A program made the translations under genes and the position numbers. DNA of 64,000 nt, taken from positions 96,001-160,000 of the forward strand of contig CAWBAT010000009.1 in assembly GCA_963786955.1 (NCBI GenBank), written 5' to 3'. Of this stretch, positions 21,628-32,648 are shown one piece after another. The DNA comes from an uncultured Acidimicrobiia bacterium (lineage in GTDB: Bacteria > Acidobacteriota > Terriglobia > Versatilivoradales > Versatilivoraceae). Positions within the stretch are counted from its first letter, which is position 1. Every line of letters begins with the position of its first letter. The notes beneath the pieces are model-generated. The model was not told where the DNA came from. It saw nothing but the letters and a program-made list of their open reading frames with translations, and did not search any database.

Positions 21628-22785
21628 CTACTTGAATAACCGGCTCATCACTTGTCCCCCATAGCCGGTCATTTCAAGATACCCTCGACCCTTCACAGGC
21701 CTTCCCTCTCGACTCCCGGCTACTTCTACCGCCCCCTCCCAATAGTTGACTCCGGTAGATTCCTTCGTTCGGAGTTCCTGATTGAGGACAGTGGGTTGCA
21801 CGGTAAGGTTCAACCTGAGCGGAGCGCACTGAATTTCCCACTTTGTAGGGTATTGGGCGCCACTCTGGTCCGACTGCCAGAGCTGTGTCCCTTTCATCTC
21901 AAAGTCACGCATCCGGAGAGGGGTCGCATGTCCAGAGGCATCCACCCAAGTCCCGCTGGAATGCGAATCGATACGGCCATCTGCTCCCCTTAATTGAAAA
22001 AGCATCAAATCCATCCCATCTTCGAGTTGAATTGAGAACCAATCCCATCCAACCTGTCCCTCCTCGAGGAAGCTGGTTCCAAATTCGTGATCCATCCAAC
22101 TGAGCCCCTGGACGGTGAAGGATCGTCCCTCGAAACTCAACCGACCTGAAGTCGGCATACGAGTCAGAGAATAGTAAAGGGATGCATTACCGCTCTGTCC
22201 GCCCTTCTGACTGAACCCATTTTTTCCATGCCGCACTAGGCGTTTACCTGGAGAGAGAACCAGATCAATACTGATCAGGTCATTGCGGGCAACGAGATGG
22301 TGATCCCCTCGCTCATCCAACCGGACTTCCCAACCCTGATTCCAAACGTGATACTGTTCGCTCGACGCTCCAGCCCAGCCTACGCCCGCCCGATTCATTC
22401 GTTCAGAAAAATGATATTTCTTTCCAGAAATATCCGTAATTGCAAAATGCGTCATGAAAAGATCACGCACCGCCCAGCGCGAAGGGTTCACTGGCTGTGC
22501 GTCCATTCCGACACGGAAAAAGGTTAATTGATATCCAAAACGCTCGCCCGTCGCGGAGAGCAGATTCCCCGTGTAGTACCACCATTCGATCTTGTAGTCC
22601 GGATGGCTCGCATGGTCCTTAGGAAAGCTCAGATTAAGCCCTGGTTGGGGTTGTTTCCAGTTCTCCTGTGGGATCGCTACGAACTGGAGAGCCAAAAGCC
22701 AGATAGAGCCTGACATTATCGCCACTCTCGTCCTACACCGACGCAACATTGTGATTCCTGATCTCAACTTTTTTAATCCCTCCAA
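21628..22785 (-). CDS. AttH/CrtC-like lipocalin-fold secreted protein
   Basis: FPKDHASHP, EWWYYTGNL, YYSLTR, WMDHEF, GWDWF, YWEG, GYLEMTGY; follows an ABC pair. Start uncertain. Confidence 0.88.
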   Translation of the reverse strand: MEGLKKLRSGITMLRRCRTRVAIMSGSIWLLALQFVAIPQENWKQPQPGLNLSFPKDHASHPDYKIEWWYYTGNLLSATGERFGYQLTFFRVGMDAQPVNPSRWAVRDLFMTHFAITDISGKKYHFSERMNRAGVGWAGASSEQYHVWNQGWEVRLDERGDHHLVARNDLISIDLVLSPGKRLVRHGKNGFSQKGGQSGNASLYYSLTRMPTSGRLSFEGRSFTVQGLSWMDHEFGTSFLEEGQVGWDWFSIQLEDGMDLMLFQLRGADGRIDSHSSGTWVDASGHATPLRMRDFEMKGTQLWQSDQSGAQYPTKWEIQCAPLRLNLTVQPTVLNQELRTKESTGVNYWEGAVEVAGSREGRPVKGRGYLEMTGYGGQVMSRLFK

Positions 22786-22789
22786 TCCA

Positions 22790-22899
22790 GTCCACGTCCG
22801 GGGCTACCGGCCCCGGCCACAACTTCTTGACGTTAGCTGTAGCCGGCCTCGTTGAGGCCGGTCCATGTCCGGCGCCAACGGCCCCGGCCACAACTTTTC
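22790..22899. repeat. Diverged 1.5-unit copy of the 14.3-kb REP array inside the ABC operon
   Basis: TGTAGCCGGCCTCGTTGAGGCCGGTCCATGTCCGG is identical to the array unit. Confidence 0.88.
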
Positions 22900-22916
22900 T
22901 TCACAATAACATTCAT

Positions 22917-25499
22917 TTACTCTTCGGCTAATTCAGAAATTGCGTTCAAACGCGCCGCGCGTTGTGCGGGATACCATCCCGCCACAAACGCGGCCGCCAA
23001 AATGAGCAGCGAGGACTGCACTACAAAGTGCAAGGGAAAGTGAAACTGGATCGTCCAGCCAAAGCTTTGAACATTAATCACATGGATCAGAACCCATGAC
23101 AGCGCCAGCCCAATGAAGACGCCAATCACCTGGCTCACTCCCGCCAACAAGAGAGCCTCTATAAAGACCATCTTTTTAAGCTGGCGAACCTCCGTACCGA
23201 CCAGTCGGAGGTAAGCCAATTCCTTTCTCCGCTCCAATATCAAGGTCAACAAAGTACTCGCCACACCGAGAATCGCAACAAAAATAGAGATTAGCTCAAG
23301 GGCATAAGTGATCTCAAAAGTGCTGTCGAAAATCCGCAAAATCTCCCGACGCAAGGAGGAATTTGTATGGATGAAAACATGGTAAGTCTTTCCCAGCGAT
23401 GCCAATATTCTGGAACGAGCGCCTTCTGCCGATACTCCTTCCTGAAGATAGATAGCGAGACTGAAGGGCTGAATTTCCCCAAAATTCCGGGTGAAGGTAC
23501 GATTGTCCATCAGGATCGTGCCACGATCATTCGTGTAGTCATAGAAAATCGCTGTCACAAGAAATATCTTTTCCCCCGAAGGCATCGCGAGCTTCAACTC
23601 ATCGCCCACCTGTTTGTTATATTTGTAGGAGAAGCTTTCTGAAACGATGACCACATCCTGACCGATCGCTGCTCGCAATGCTTCCCTGCCCTCCTGCGGA
23701 TTCTTGATCAAAAGCTGTCCGCGCTTTCTAAGCACCTCAAAGTCACGGGCACCCAGATTAATCATGCTTTCCCCAAACGGAAGAGTGAAACTCCGAAAGC
23801 CGTCAACCGCAGCCACATCCGGATTCTCGCGAAAAAGAGTCACCAGCTGGGGTGAAAGGTGCGTTTCTGTCCCATTCGCAGAACGCCCGGCAGGGCGAAC
23901 ATAAAGGTCAGCCTGCAAGGTTTGGCCGACCCAATAGATCACCGTGTCGCGGAAACTTTCGATCATGATGGCAATAGCGGCCATCATCGATAGACTCACC
24001 GCGAGCGCCGCAACCGAAATAGAAATACGCGAGATCCCTCCTTTGAGATTTGCGTTGGCCAGTTTTCCTTCCACTCCAAACATTTTTGACAACGGGATTG
24101 AGCCGACCCGTCCTAAAAGGTAAAGAACAGCAGGTGTCAGAAATGCAGTGCCAAATACAATGGCCACGGCAGAAAGGTATCCGAATACAGGGATACTGCC
24201 TTTAGGCTTCACGTTAGCAAGCCCGGCCCCCAGCGCGAAGAATACAGTGGGAAGAACAATATGCCTCTTCTTCAAGCGGAATCGAGTCTCCAGGCGATCC
24301 GCCCCCGTGATGGCCGACAAAGGAGTGACTCTGGAGGCTTCCCAGGAGGGGATCAATGCCGCAAGCAGTGAGAGAGGCATTCCCATTCCAAAGGCAAGCG
24401 CCACATCCGCCCAGCCTAGTGACGGTAGCTTGGAAGCCGTGGCAATATAGAGAACCTTAACAGTAGTTCCGGTGATTTTTAGAGCCAACTCAGCCAGGAA
24501 GCGGCTACCCAGCAGTCCCGTGAAGCATCCACAGATCGCAATCAGTGCGGCTTCGGCAAGAAACAAGAGCATGACGGTTAACCGCGAAGTCCCCAAGGCC
24601 CGCAGGATACCGATTTCCTGACGCCGGCTGATCACTGAAATGGAGATCGTGTTGTAAATCAAGAAGAGCCCCACCAGCATGGAGATGTAAGACAAAGCGG
24701 TTAGGTTAAAGTGAAACGCCTCCAACATCTTCTCGACTTGTTCTCCCCGGCGAGAAGGAAGCTGGATAATCCAACCCGGGGGTAAGTTTTGGGAAATTTT
24801 CTCTTGCAGCGCTGAGGAAGAGATCTTAGTCCCAGGTATGATCTCGAGCCGGTCAATTTTTCCCAATCGATCGAACGCCCACTGTGCGGCAGCAATGTCC
24901 ATCAACAAGAAATTCCCATCCATGGCCCTGGCGGGTCCATCATCGCGAAGCAATCCGCGAACCAGGAACTTCTGGGATCGATCTCTAATGATAAGATCGA
25001 GTGGCGAACCTACGGTCAGTCCGTAACGAGATGCAAATTTTTCTGTGATCACAACGCTTTGGGGGTCTAGAAGAAGCCGCAGGAACTCTTCAGGGGTGGG
25101 GTCTCGTCTTTGGGCCTCAAATTCCAACAGACGATATTCCCGAAAAGGCCGGTCGCGTAAAATGTCGACGCCCAAGATGCGTAGAGACTCTGCTTCGCCC
25201 TTTGGCCCAACAAATTCGCCTTCTCCCTCAATGACTGGACTAAGCTCTCCATATTCGCTTAGCCAGGAAAGACTGGTTAAGAGGTCTTCGTCGAGGCCTA
25301 TTCCGCTGGATCTAATTTCCAACCCGGCCTTTCCTGATAGAGTTTCCACGGCGGTCGCAAACCCGAGCAGAGAGGCCCGGTTGGCCATCTGAATGGCCAA
25401 GACTACCGCTACTCCCAAAGTAATCCCCAGAATAGAGACGGCAACCCGAAGGCGCTCTTTAGCAAGGGTCCGCAGGATAAACTGACGCAGAAGAGTCAT
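22917..25499 (-). CDS. Fused double FtsX-type ABC permease (AttFG-like)
   Basis: 860 aa, two permease halves ([12 protein letters not shown]; [13 protein letters not shown]). Confidence 0.9.
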   Translation of the reverse strand: MTLLRQFILRTLAKERLRVAVSILGITLGVAVVLAIQMANRASLLGFATAVETLSGKAGLEIRSSGIGLDEDLLTSLSWLSEYGELSPVIEGEGEFVGPKGEAESLRILGVDILRDRPFREYRLLEFEAQRRDPTPEEFLRLLLDPQSVVITEKFASRYGLTVGSPLDLIIRDRSQKFLVRGLLRDDGPARAMDGNFLLMDIAAAQWAFDRLGKIDRLEIIPGTKISSSALQEKISQNLPPGWIIQLPSRRGEQVEKMLEAFHFNLTALSYISMLVGLFLIYNTISISVISRRQEIGILRALGTSRLTVMLLFLAEAALIAICGCFTGLLGSRFLAELALKITGTTVKVLYIATASKLPSLGWADVALAFGMGMPLSLLAALIPSWEASRVTPLSAITGADRLETRFRLKKRHIVLPTVFFALGAGLANVKPKGSIPVFGYLSAVAIVFGTAFLTPAVLYLLGRVGSIPLSKMFGVEGKLANANLKGGISRISISVAALAVSLSMMAAIAIMIESFRDTVIYWVGQTLQADLYVRPAGRSANGTETHLSPQLVTLFRENPDVAAVDGFRSFTLPFGESMINLGARDFEVLRKRGQLLIKNPQEGREALRAAIGQDVVIVSESFSYKYNKQVGDELKLAMPSGEKIFLVTAIFYDYTNDRGTILMDNRTFTRNFGEIQPFSLAIYLQEGVSAEGARSRILASLGKTYHVFIHTNSSLRREILRIFDSTFEITYALELISIFVAILGVASTLLTLILERRKELAYLRLVGTEVRQLKKMVFIEALLLAGVSQVIGVFIGLALSWVLIHVINVQSFGWTIQFHFPLHFVVQSSLLILAAAFVAGWYPAQRAARLNAISELAEE

Positions 25500-26170
25500 T
25501 CGTTGACCATTCGCCCATCACGCATATGTAGGACTTTTTTGGCGCTAGAGGCTATTTCCGGAGAGTGAGTGGCCAACAACACGGTAACGCCCAATTGCTC
25601 ATTCAGGTGTTGCAGGAGTTGAATCACCCGCTCCCCGTTCTGCGAATCGAGGCTACCCGTGGGCTCATCGGCAATCAGTAAAGCCGGCCTATGGACCAAC
25701 GCCCGAGCGATCGCGGCGCGCTGCATTTCCCCGCCGGAAAGCTGTTGCGGATAGTGAGTCAAACGTGCTTCCAACCCTACCTTGCTTAGCCAGTCCTCCG
25801 CTTCCTTGGTGGAGTGAATGTTGCCATGACCAGCAAGCTGCAAAGGCAAAGCCACATTCTCGAGAACCGTCAAGGTAGGCAAAAGGTTAAAAAATTGAAA
25901 AATAAATCCAACCCGACTGCGGCGAAGCCGGGTGAGCTGTGAATCCGTCAAGCGGTCCAAACGGACATTCTCAATAGAAACGCTTCCGGAGGTTGGCAAA
26001 TCCATTGCACCACAAAGGTGGAGCAACGTGGACTTGCCGCACCCCGAAGGGCCCATCAGAGCCACAAAGTCCCCACGTTTCAACAGGAGACTGACTCCTT
26101 TGAGCACTTCGACAGGTTCAAATCCATTGTTATAATTTTTTCGAAGCTCTTCCGCGTCTAAAATGACCAA
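25496..26170 (-). CDS. ABC transporter ATP-binding protein (LolD/AttE-like)
   Basis: [21 protein letters not shown] start at 26170 follows GGAGG. Confidence 0.93.
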   Translation of the reverse strand: MVILDAEELRKNYNNGFEPVEVLKGVSLLLKRGDFVALMGPSGCGKSTLLHLCGAMDLPTSGSVSIENVRLDRLTDSQLTRLRRSRVGFIFQFFNLLPTLTVLENVALPLQLAGHGNIHSTKEAEDWLSKVGLEARLTHYPQQLSGGEMQRAAIARALVHRPALLIADEPTGSLDSQNGERVIQLLQHLNEQLGVTVLLATHSPEIASSAKKVLHMRDGRMVNE

Positions 26171-26441
26171 ACAGGCCTCCAATTCGAAGTAATAGCCGGC
26201 AATACCAACAAAACCTTTCAGCCTCAAAACAAGGATATCGAAATTACTTTCATATGAGAATCAACGGACTGCTAAAATGTGACCGATGTTTTCTTTCCCC
26301 GCAATAATGGGATGCAAACCACCTCATTTTCGTCTAGCCCAGGGAGTTTTGCTCGGAGGAGCAGCCCATTTGCAGTGGCTAACACCAAGAGACTAGTTTC
26401 ATTCATTGGTCACGGTCAATCACTAGAAAGGTATCTGAAGT

Positions 26442-27863
26442 TTGAAAAAACGGTTCTTTATTAAGCGATCCCGCATCGAATCACCGGCGGAAAAAGTATT
26501 TCGTTGGCATTGCCGGGCTGGTGCGTTTGAGCGCCTTCAACCTCCATGGGAATCGGTTCGAATCCTCGAAAGAACCGGAGGGATTGAACCCGGGTCGAGA
26601 GTGGAACTCAGTGTGGGAATCGGCCCGCTACGCCAACGCTGGATTGCCGAACATCAAGGATTCCTCATGCCCAAAGCAGGTCAGGGAGATGCGACAGCCG
26701 AGTTCTGGCAATTTCAAGATGTCCAAGTCCAGGGTCCTTTTGCTCATTGGATTCACACTCATAAAGTGGAAGCCGACGGCAATAATGCTTGCTATTTGGA
26801 AGATCGTATAGAATATGCATTGCCATGGGGCAGGATCGGGGATTGGATTGGCAATCCGATTATGATTTCTAAATTGAAGCGTCTATTCACGTATCGCCAT
26901 CGGGTAACGGCAAATGACGCAGCATATCAGAGTGGCCCGAAAGGAGATCGCGTCATGAAGATTCTCGTTACTGGATCAACAGGATTCATGGGTTCTGCCC
27001 TGGTACCTTTCCTCACAACCGCAGGACATCAAGTCAGCCGTCTGTTCCGATCGAAGTCGACAAAGTTCCATGGCATGGAATCAGCAATTTCGTGGAATCC
27101 AGAAGCGGATGTGCTCGACTTAGCAAGCTTGGAAGGCTTTGATGCTGTTATTCATCTTGCCGGGGAAAGCATCGCGGGCGGTCGTTGGAGTTCGCAACGA
27201 AAGACCCAAATCCTGGAGAGCCGTTCCAAGGGAACGCGATTGCTTTCCGAGACTCTCAGCAGACTCGCTCATCCTCCCAAGGTGCTTATCAGCGCCTCCG
27301 CCATCGGGTATTATGGCGATCGTGGAGAAGAAAGGCTGAATGAACAAAGCTCCCCCGGCTCCGACTTCCTCGCAAAGGTTTGCCAGGAATGGGAAAAAGC
27401 TTCAACTGCCGCATCCGACGCTGGAATTCGGGTTCTAAACCTTCGTTTTGGCATCGTCCTTTCGACTACCGGGGGTGCCTTGCAGCGGATGCTGACCCCT
27501 TTTCGTTTGGGAGTAGGTGGTATTATAGGCAACGGCAGCCAATTCATGAGTTGGATTGCACTGGATGAACTTCTCGGCGTGATTCAGCACACACTGGTGA
27601 CTGATCAGCTGAGAGGTCCGATAAACGTGGCCTCACCCAACCCGGTAACGAATCGGGAATTCACCAAAACGTTGGGTCGAATTTTAGGACGCCCGACGAT
27701 TCTTCCAATGCCTGCTTTCGCCGCTAAATTGGCATTCGGGGAGATGGCCGAGGCACTGCTGCTTTCCAGCCAGCGAATAGAACCGCAACGTTTATTGCAG
27801 ACAGGTTACTCTTTTCGTTTTCCCGAGCTCGAAGGAGCGTTAAGATACCTGATGGGAAAGTAG
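26442..27863 (+). CDS. SRPBCC/cyclase domain fused to TIGR01777-type NAD-dependent epimerase
   Basis: N-terminal VFRWH...AFERLQPPW...QGPFAHWIHTH; C-terminal MKILVTGSTG, HLAGE, ASAIGYYG, SWIALDE. Confidence 0.9.
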   Translation: MKKRFFIKRSRIESPAEKVFRWHCRAGAFERLQPPWESVRILERTGGIEPGSRVELSVGIGPLRQRWIAEHQGFLMPKAGQGDATAEFWQFQDVQVQGPFAHWIHTHKVEADGNNACYLEDRIEYALPWGRIGDWIGNPIMISKLKRLFTYRHRVTANDAAYQSGPKGDRVMKILVTGSTGFMGSALVPFLTTAGHQVSRLFRSKSTKFHGMESAISWNPEADVLDLASLEGFDAVIHLAGESIAGGRWSSQRKTQILESRSKGTRLLSETLSRLAHPPKVLISASAIGYYGDRGEERLNEQSSPGSDFLAKVCQEWEKASTAASDAGIRVLNLRFGIVLSTTGGALQRMLTPFRLGVGGIIGNGSQFMSWIALDELLGVIQHTLVTDQLRGPINVASPNPVTNREFTKTLGRILGRPTILPMPAFAAKLAFGEMAEALLLSSQRIEPQRLLQTGYSFRFPELEGALRYLMGK

Positions 27864-27903
27864 TTTCGTCGTTTAAAAATAACATTCATCAAGGGGAATG
27901 CAA

Positions 27904-28251
27904 ATGAGTGCCATCGATTGGTCTTATCATCGTCCGGGTTGAAAGACCTGCGCCAGAACGCAGGAGTTTCTTGCGAAGAAAAAAATCAACCCGACCACCC
28001 AAATTGACGCCAGGAAGACGACTTTGAAGGAACAGGATGCTTTGGCGTTAATTCGCGATATTGATGAAATCTATGCCATGAGAGGAAAGAAAATACTGCA
28101 TGTTGACCTCAAGAAAGAGAAGCCTGACAACGCCACACTTTCAGGCATGCTTCTTGGCCCAACCGGAAACTTGCGCGCCCCGACTCTCCGAAAAGGTCGC
28201 ACCCTTATTGTTGGGTTTGATCCGGAAACCTACTCGAAATTACTACCTTGA
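27904..28251 (+). CDS. ArsC/thioredoxin-fold selenoprotein (UxxC), 115 aa, UGA at 27940 read as Sec
   Basis: AGGGG RBS then MSAIDWSYHRPG-TGA-KTCARTQEFL, in frame with ORF 28024-28251 (GPTGNLRAPT...LIVGF). Hairpin directly after the UGA. Confidence 0.88.
27943..27972 (+). promoter_or_regulatory. Candidate bacterial SECIS element
   Basis: CCTGCG-CCAGAA-CGCAGG stem-loop at 27947-27964, with possible AAGA/TCTT outer pairing, immediately 3' of the UGA. Confidence 0.6.
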
Positions 28252-28355
28252 CGTTGCTTCATATCCAGTCGTTTTCAAAGAATTATGAAAGGGACCAAAG
28301 CGCAAATCCAGTACTATTCCTGTCCGCTGATTGACTGCCTACCCTCTTTGCAAGG

Positions 28356-28530
28356 GAAGGTGTGAAGAAATTCAATTTTGGTTCCCCTCCTTGGTTGTTT
28401 TCTTTTGGGACATAGGTAAGGAGGGGGCAAGGGGGTGGTCGTAAGTCCTGCGGGACGAACCCCCTGAAGTCCCCCTTAACCAAGTGGGACACTCGCAGAG
28501 CAACACCGAATCCAATTCCTTCAAACCTTC
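28356..28530. mobile_element. MITE-like cassette with 17-bp imperfect terminal inverted repeats
   Basis: GAAGGTGTGAAGAAATT (28356-28372) and AATTCCTTCAAACCTTC (28514-28530) enclose CCCC/GGGG palindromes. Confidence 0.6.
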
Positions 28531-28762
28531 CGGGGTCGGAGGGGAGCCCACGCCTATGGAGGTTTACGATGATTTTTATTCCCACTCCGACGGGAACAGT
28601 TTCGGCCAGAGTTGTGGGGCCAACTTGACTTATTGTATTCATTTATCTGTAGCTTAGTGTCATTTCGACCGATTAGTTATTGTTCTCGCGAAGGGCTGGA
28701 AGATTAACCGCACACGGCCAAAACCGTGTGGCGCTATTGACGAACACCTCATTCAATCCAAG

Positions 28763-30043
28763 TTGGAATCACTTTCTAAGGAGCCTATCGTTTTGTCTAA
28801 TCCAGAGATTGTAATTGTCGGTGGTGGAATTGCTGGCCTCTGCTGTGCCAGACGGCTACACCAAGAAGGCATTGCTTGCTTAATCTTGGAAGGATCGGAC
28901 GCCATTGGTGGAAGGATTCGGACCGATTCTGTAGACGGATTCTTATTGGATCGCGGTTTTCAAACTCTGTTGACCTCTTACCCTGAAGCCCAGAAATTCT
29001 TGGATTTTCCTTCGCTCGATCTCCACTCCTTCTTTCCCGGCGCCTTGATACGACTGAATGAGGGATTCCGCAAGCTTTCGGACCCCTGGAAAAGCCCCAT
29101 GGCAGTAACCCGGCAACTTTTCTCTTCCGTGGGCAGTCTTTCAGACAAATTGCGGATCGCCAAACTTCGCTGGAGAGTCCTCTCGGCTTCACTCGACGAC
29201 CTGCTGACCGCTCCAGAGACTACAACCCTGGCCGACTTACAAAACAGCGGTTTCACTCCAGCGATCATCGAACAGTTCTTCAGGCCTTTCTTTGGAGGGG
29301 TTTTCCTGGAGCCCGACTTGCAAACTTCAAGTCGGCTTTTTCATTTTGTATTCAGAATGTTCGCCACCGGAAAGGCCTCATTACCCGCATTGGGAATGGA
29401 AAGAATTCCGCAGTCGATTGCCTCTGGATTGCCCCAGGGCTCCATTTTAGTAGATGCCAGGGTGTCCAAGATTGAGGCTTCTGGAGTAGTTTTGGAGGCC
29501 GGAGAACGAATTCCAGCCCGCACCATTGTCCTTGCGACCGATGGCCCCCAGGCCGCTCGGTTGTTGAGCCATATTCCTCGGCCCGCTTCGCGCAGTGTCA
29601 CTTGCCTTTATTTTGCAGCCGACAAATCGCCGCTGAAGGATCCGATCCTAGTTGTAAACAGCACCGGCAAAGGTCCGATTAATCATTTCTGTGTTCCCAG
29701 CCAAATCGCTCCGAGTTACGCTCCCTCCGGGGCAGCCCTGCTGTCCGTCACGGTGCTGGGGAAACTTAAGCAGCAATATGAACCATTAGAGACGGCGGTC
29801 AGGACTCAGTTATACGATTGGTTTGGATCGGAATCTCTCGGCTGGAAGCATCTCAGAACTTATAATATCCTTCATGCTCTGCCCGCCCAAGAGCCTCCCA
29901 CGGTGCCTTCTTTGACCCGTGCGACCCAATTGAATCGTGGGCTTTACATTTGTGGAGATTACACCGACACCGCTTCAATCAACGGAGCTATGGCGTCTGG
30001 TCGGCGAGTGGCAGAAGCCATCATTCAAGACTTGCATCAATAA
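28763..30043 (+). CDS. FAD-dependent oxidoreductase (amine oxidase/protoporphyrinogen oxidase-like)
   Basis: VGGGIAGL, GGRIRTD, LDRGFQ, CGD...SINGAMASG. Confidence 0.9.
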   Translation: MESLSKEPIVLSNPEIVIVGGGIAGLCCARRLHQEGIACLILEGSDAIGGRIRTDSVDGFLLDRGFQTLLTSYPEAQKFLDFPSLDLHSFFPGALIRLNEGFRKLSDPWKSPMAVTRQLFSSVGSLSDKLRIAKLRWRVLSASLDDLLTAPETTTLADLQNSGFTPAIIEQFFRPFFGGVFLEPDLQTSSRLFHFVFRMFATGKASLPALGMERIPQSIASGLPQGSILVDARVSKIEASGVVLEAGERIPARTIVLATDGPQAARLLSHIPRPASRSVTCLYFAADKSPLKDPILVVNSTGKGPINHFCVPSQIAPSYAPSGAALLSVTVLGKLKQQYEPLETAVRTQLYDWFGSESLGWKHLRTYNILHALPAQEPPTVPSLTRATQLNRGLYICGDYTDTASINGAMASGRRVAEAIIQDLHQ

Positions 30044-30180
30044 ACAGCCCTTGCGGTTGCGCTCTAATGCCGGCGAAAGTTGCCCGTCGCAACAGAGAAT
30101 GGCAACGCAGGCAGTTGCACTTCGGGGCGCAACTTGCCCTGTCTTCAAACGGCAATCACTGATCCCGATTCGAAAATGGG

Positions 30181-32193
30181 CTAAAACTCGTCAGAGTTTA
30201 CTCGAGGGAAGCGCCCAAAATAAAGCGCATGAGCGAAGAGGGCTGTCACCTGAAAATCCAACCACAAGTTTGTCACGAAACGCACGGGCGACAGGCCGAA
30301 GATACTGCGCCGTCGGAATCGATCAATGATGCGCATCCAATTACGATTGATATCTTCGCGGGTGTAAACAAGCTGGGTGGCATAAAACAAGTTCCATTGC
30401 TGCCAGTATAAAATGATTTTAGATGGCACTTTCATAGCCGGCAAATGGGTGCGCGCACGTTGGTACGCCAATTGCAGTTCAGCAACCGTCAGGCGCCTCT
30501 CCACAGAAGCATAAACCCGGCGCAACTCTTCCGACAACACTTGTTCAGCCGCGCTGCGGGGTCGAGTCTGGATCCATAGTTCCTGCATTTCCCAAATCAG
30601 TTGGATCATCCCCTTAAAATACGTACTCAGTTCATGGAAACGCATTCTCGAAAATGCCCAGAAAGCGGGGGCCACGACTCCGCTTCGCATGGCACTCCTG
30701 CTCTTCTTTCGCAGGAAACCTGCCATCATGGGGTGACGTTTTTCTAGCAGCGAGGCATTTTTATACCAAATGAAGTTCTTCATGATGTTCCAGTAGTTCC
30801 GGGCAGAGGCATTCGAGAGAACACGCTTCATGTTCTCGAAACTGTAAAAGGTTTCCCAGGCTTCGTCGTAGATCCGCCGGAGCGACCCCGGCTCTGGAAA
30901 ATTTGCGAAATTCATAAGCTCATGCATGGAATCATACTTATTGTAATCCGGATCCATGTATTCACCCCGCTTCACCATTTCCTGATGGTCGCGGGATCCT
31001 GGCAGGGGGATTAGAATAAAAAAGGAGGCCTGCTCAACCTTAATCTCATGCATCAACTTTTGGAAGTCCGCGCGCAAAGATTCCGCCGTATCGTGCGGAA
31101 ATCCGAGGATAAACCCGACATGCGTCGCGATCTCGGCATCATGCCAGGCCTGGATGAGATTAACATAGTCACTGGCCTTGTTTTGCGTCTTGCCGGCATC
31201 TTTCAAGCTCATCGGGTTGATACTTTCCATTCCAATAAAGACCTGCGTGCAACCGGCCTGCCGGGCCTTGGCCACAAAATTCGGGATCTTGTAGGAGAGC
31301 ACATCCACCTGCATCATGAACTGAACCTTAATTTGTTCCGTCTCTCGAAGGGAAATCAGGGCATCGAAAATGGATTCCCAAGCCGTATTGCGAGCAAAAT
31401 TATCGTCGGTAAAAAAATAGAAATTCACCCGGCGGCGGCGCCAGTTTTCCCGCAGGGCCTCCGCGACGGTTTCCGCTGACCGAACCCGCATCTTGCGTCC
31501 CTGAACATTGATGATTGTACAGAAGCTGCAGTTAAACGGACAACCCCGCCCGCAATCAATGGTCCCGTAGTTGGAGGCCATAAAGCGCTTCATGAGTCGC
31601 TTGTCAACCAACGGAATGGGTTGATAGCGCAGATCCGGGCTATCACTCACAAAATCGTAGAGCGGCTTCAGCTGCCCATTCACCGCGTCATTCAACAATC
31701 CAGACCAGGTCTCTTCCACTTCACCTTTGACGATCGTGACCCCTTCGTCCATGAGAGACTGGATATCCTCCGGGATGCCGGGGATCATCGAGAGAAGACC
31801 GCTGACATGAAATCCCCCAATCAGTACGGTGATTCCGGCAGCTCTAAAATTTCGGGCCAGGTCGGAAGCGCGAGGGAATTGATTACTCTGCACGCCCACG
31901 AGACAAACAATCACCTGCTGATCCTTGTTCCGGGCCGACTGGCAGATTTTTTTTACGGGAATCTTCTGAACCGTCTCATCGAAGAGATGCACATTCAAGT
32001 CGAGATGGTCTCCGAGGGATTTGTTTCGGATCACGTCTTCGGTCAGCGCGGCCAAACAGTTCAGGGTGTTCGAGGGCAACACGCCTCGAAAATAGGTAAC
32101 GACATAACCGTCATCATCGTAGTTGGAGGGCTTGATCAAGTACAGCTGCACCAAGCGAGTGGGGATAGAGGTCATGCGTGAACGCTTGAACAT
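30181..32193 (-). CDS. Radical SAM protein with N-terminal cobalamin-binding-like domain
   Basis: RGCPFNCSFC (CxxxCxxC), IGGFH, FFTDDNF, FIGMES, FILGFPHD. Confidence 0.88.
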   Translation of the reverse strand: MFKRSRMTSIPTRLVQLYLIKPSNYDDDGYVVTYFRGVLPSNTLNCLAALTEDVIRNKSLGDHLDLNVHLFDETVQKIPVKKICQSARNKDQQVIVCLVGVQSNQFPRASDLARNFRAAGITVLIGGFHVSGLLSMIPGIPEDIQSLMDEGVTIVKGEVEETWSGLLNDAVNGQLKPLYDFVSDSPDLRYQPIPLVDKRLMKRFMASNYGTIDCGRGCPFNCSFCTIINVQGRKMRVRSAETVAEALRENWRRRRVNFYFFTDDNFARNTAWESIFDALISLRETEQIKVQFMMQVDVLSYKIPNFVAKARQAGCTQVFIGMESINPMSLKDAGKTQNKASDYVNLIQAWHDAEIATHVGFILGFPHDTAESLRADFQKLMHEIKVEQASFFILIPLPGSRDHQEMVKRGEYMDPDYNKYDSMHELMNFANFPEPGSLRRIYDEAWETFYSFENMKRVLSNASARNYWNIMKNFIWYKNASLLEKRHPMMAGFLRKKSRSAMRSGVVAPAFWAFSRMRFHELSTYFKGMIQLIWEMQELWIQTRPRSAAEQVLSEELRRVYASVERRLTVAELQLAYQRARTHLPAMKVPSKIILYWQQWNLFYATQLVYTREDINRNWMRIIDRFRRRSIFGLSPVRFVTNLWLDFQVTALFAHALYFGRFPRVNSDEF

Positions 32194-32472
32194 TTGGACT
32201 CTCCTGGCAATCGATGGGAAACCATCAAAAGGAAGGTGAGAACTGGTTTACTATCGGTTATTGGCCCGAGCTAATGAGTTATAGAGGAAACGATAACTCA
32301 AGAAGAAATAAATTCAGGGACAAAAATACCAGATTTGCCGTTTCTAGAGAATCGAAATCGCAGATCGAGTTTTCACCTAGGACAGCAATGCGTTAGTTTA
32401 GGCTCAATTTGAGAGGTAATGAAATGCACGGCTAGCACATACACGCGTTGTCGGCATGTCCCTTAAGTAGTC

Positions 32473-32549
32473 GTAGGGCAGAGTCGAAGTTTGACTCTGC
32501 GGCAGTTCTACCAAAAAGCCGCAGACCCGGGAAATCGGGTCTGCGCTAC
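32473..32549. repeat. GTAG-type REP doublet
   Basis: GTAGGGCAGAGTC...GACTCTGCGG followed by CCGCAGACCCG...CGGGTCTGCGCTAC; related half-copy near 21527-21556. Confidence 0.65.
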
Positions 32550-32648
32550 GAGACTGTCTGTCCATGCAATGTGTTCCTACGCAGACATGTAAAAAACACA
32601 TGTCTGCGCCAGCCAGCGTCATCTGGTTTATTCTCAGAGTCTCATGAT

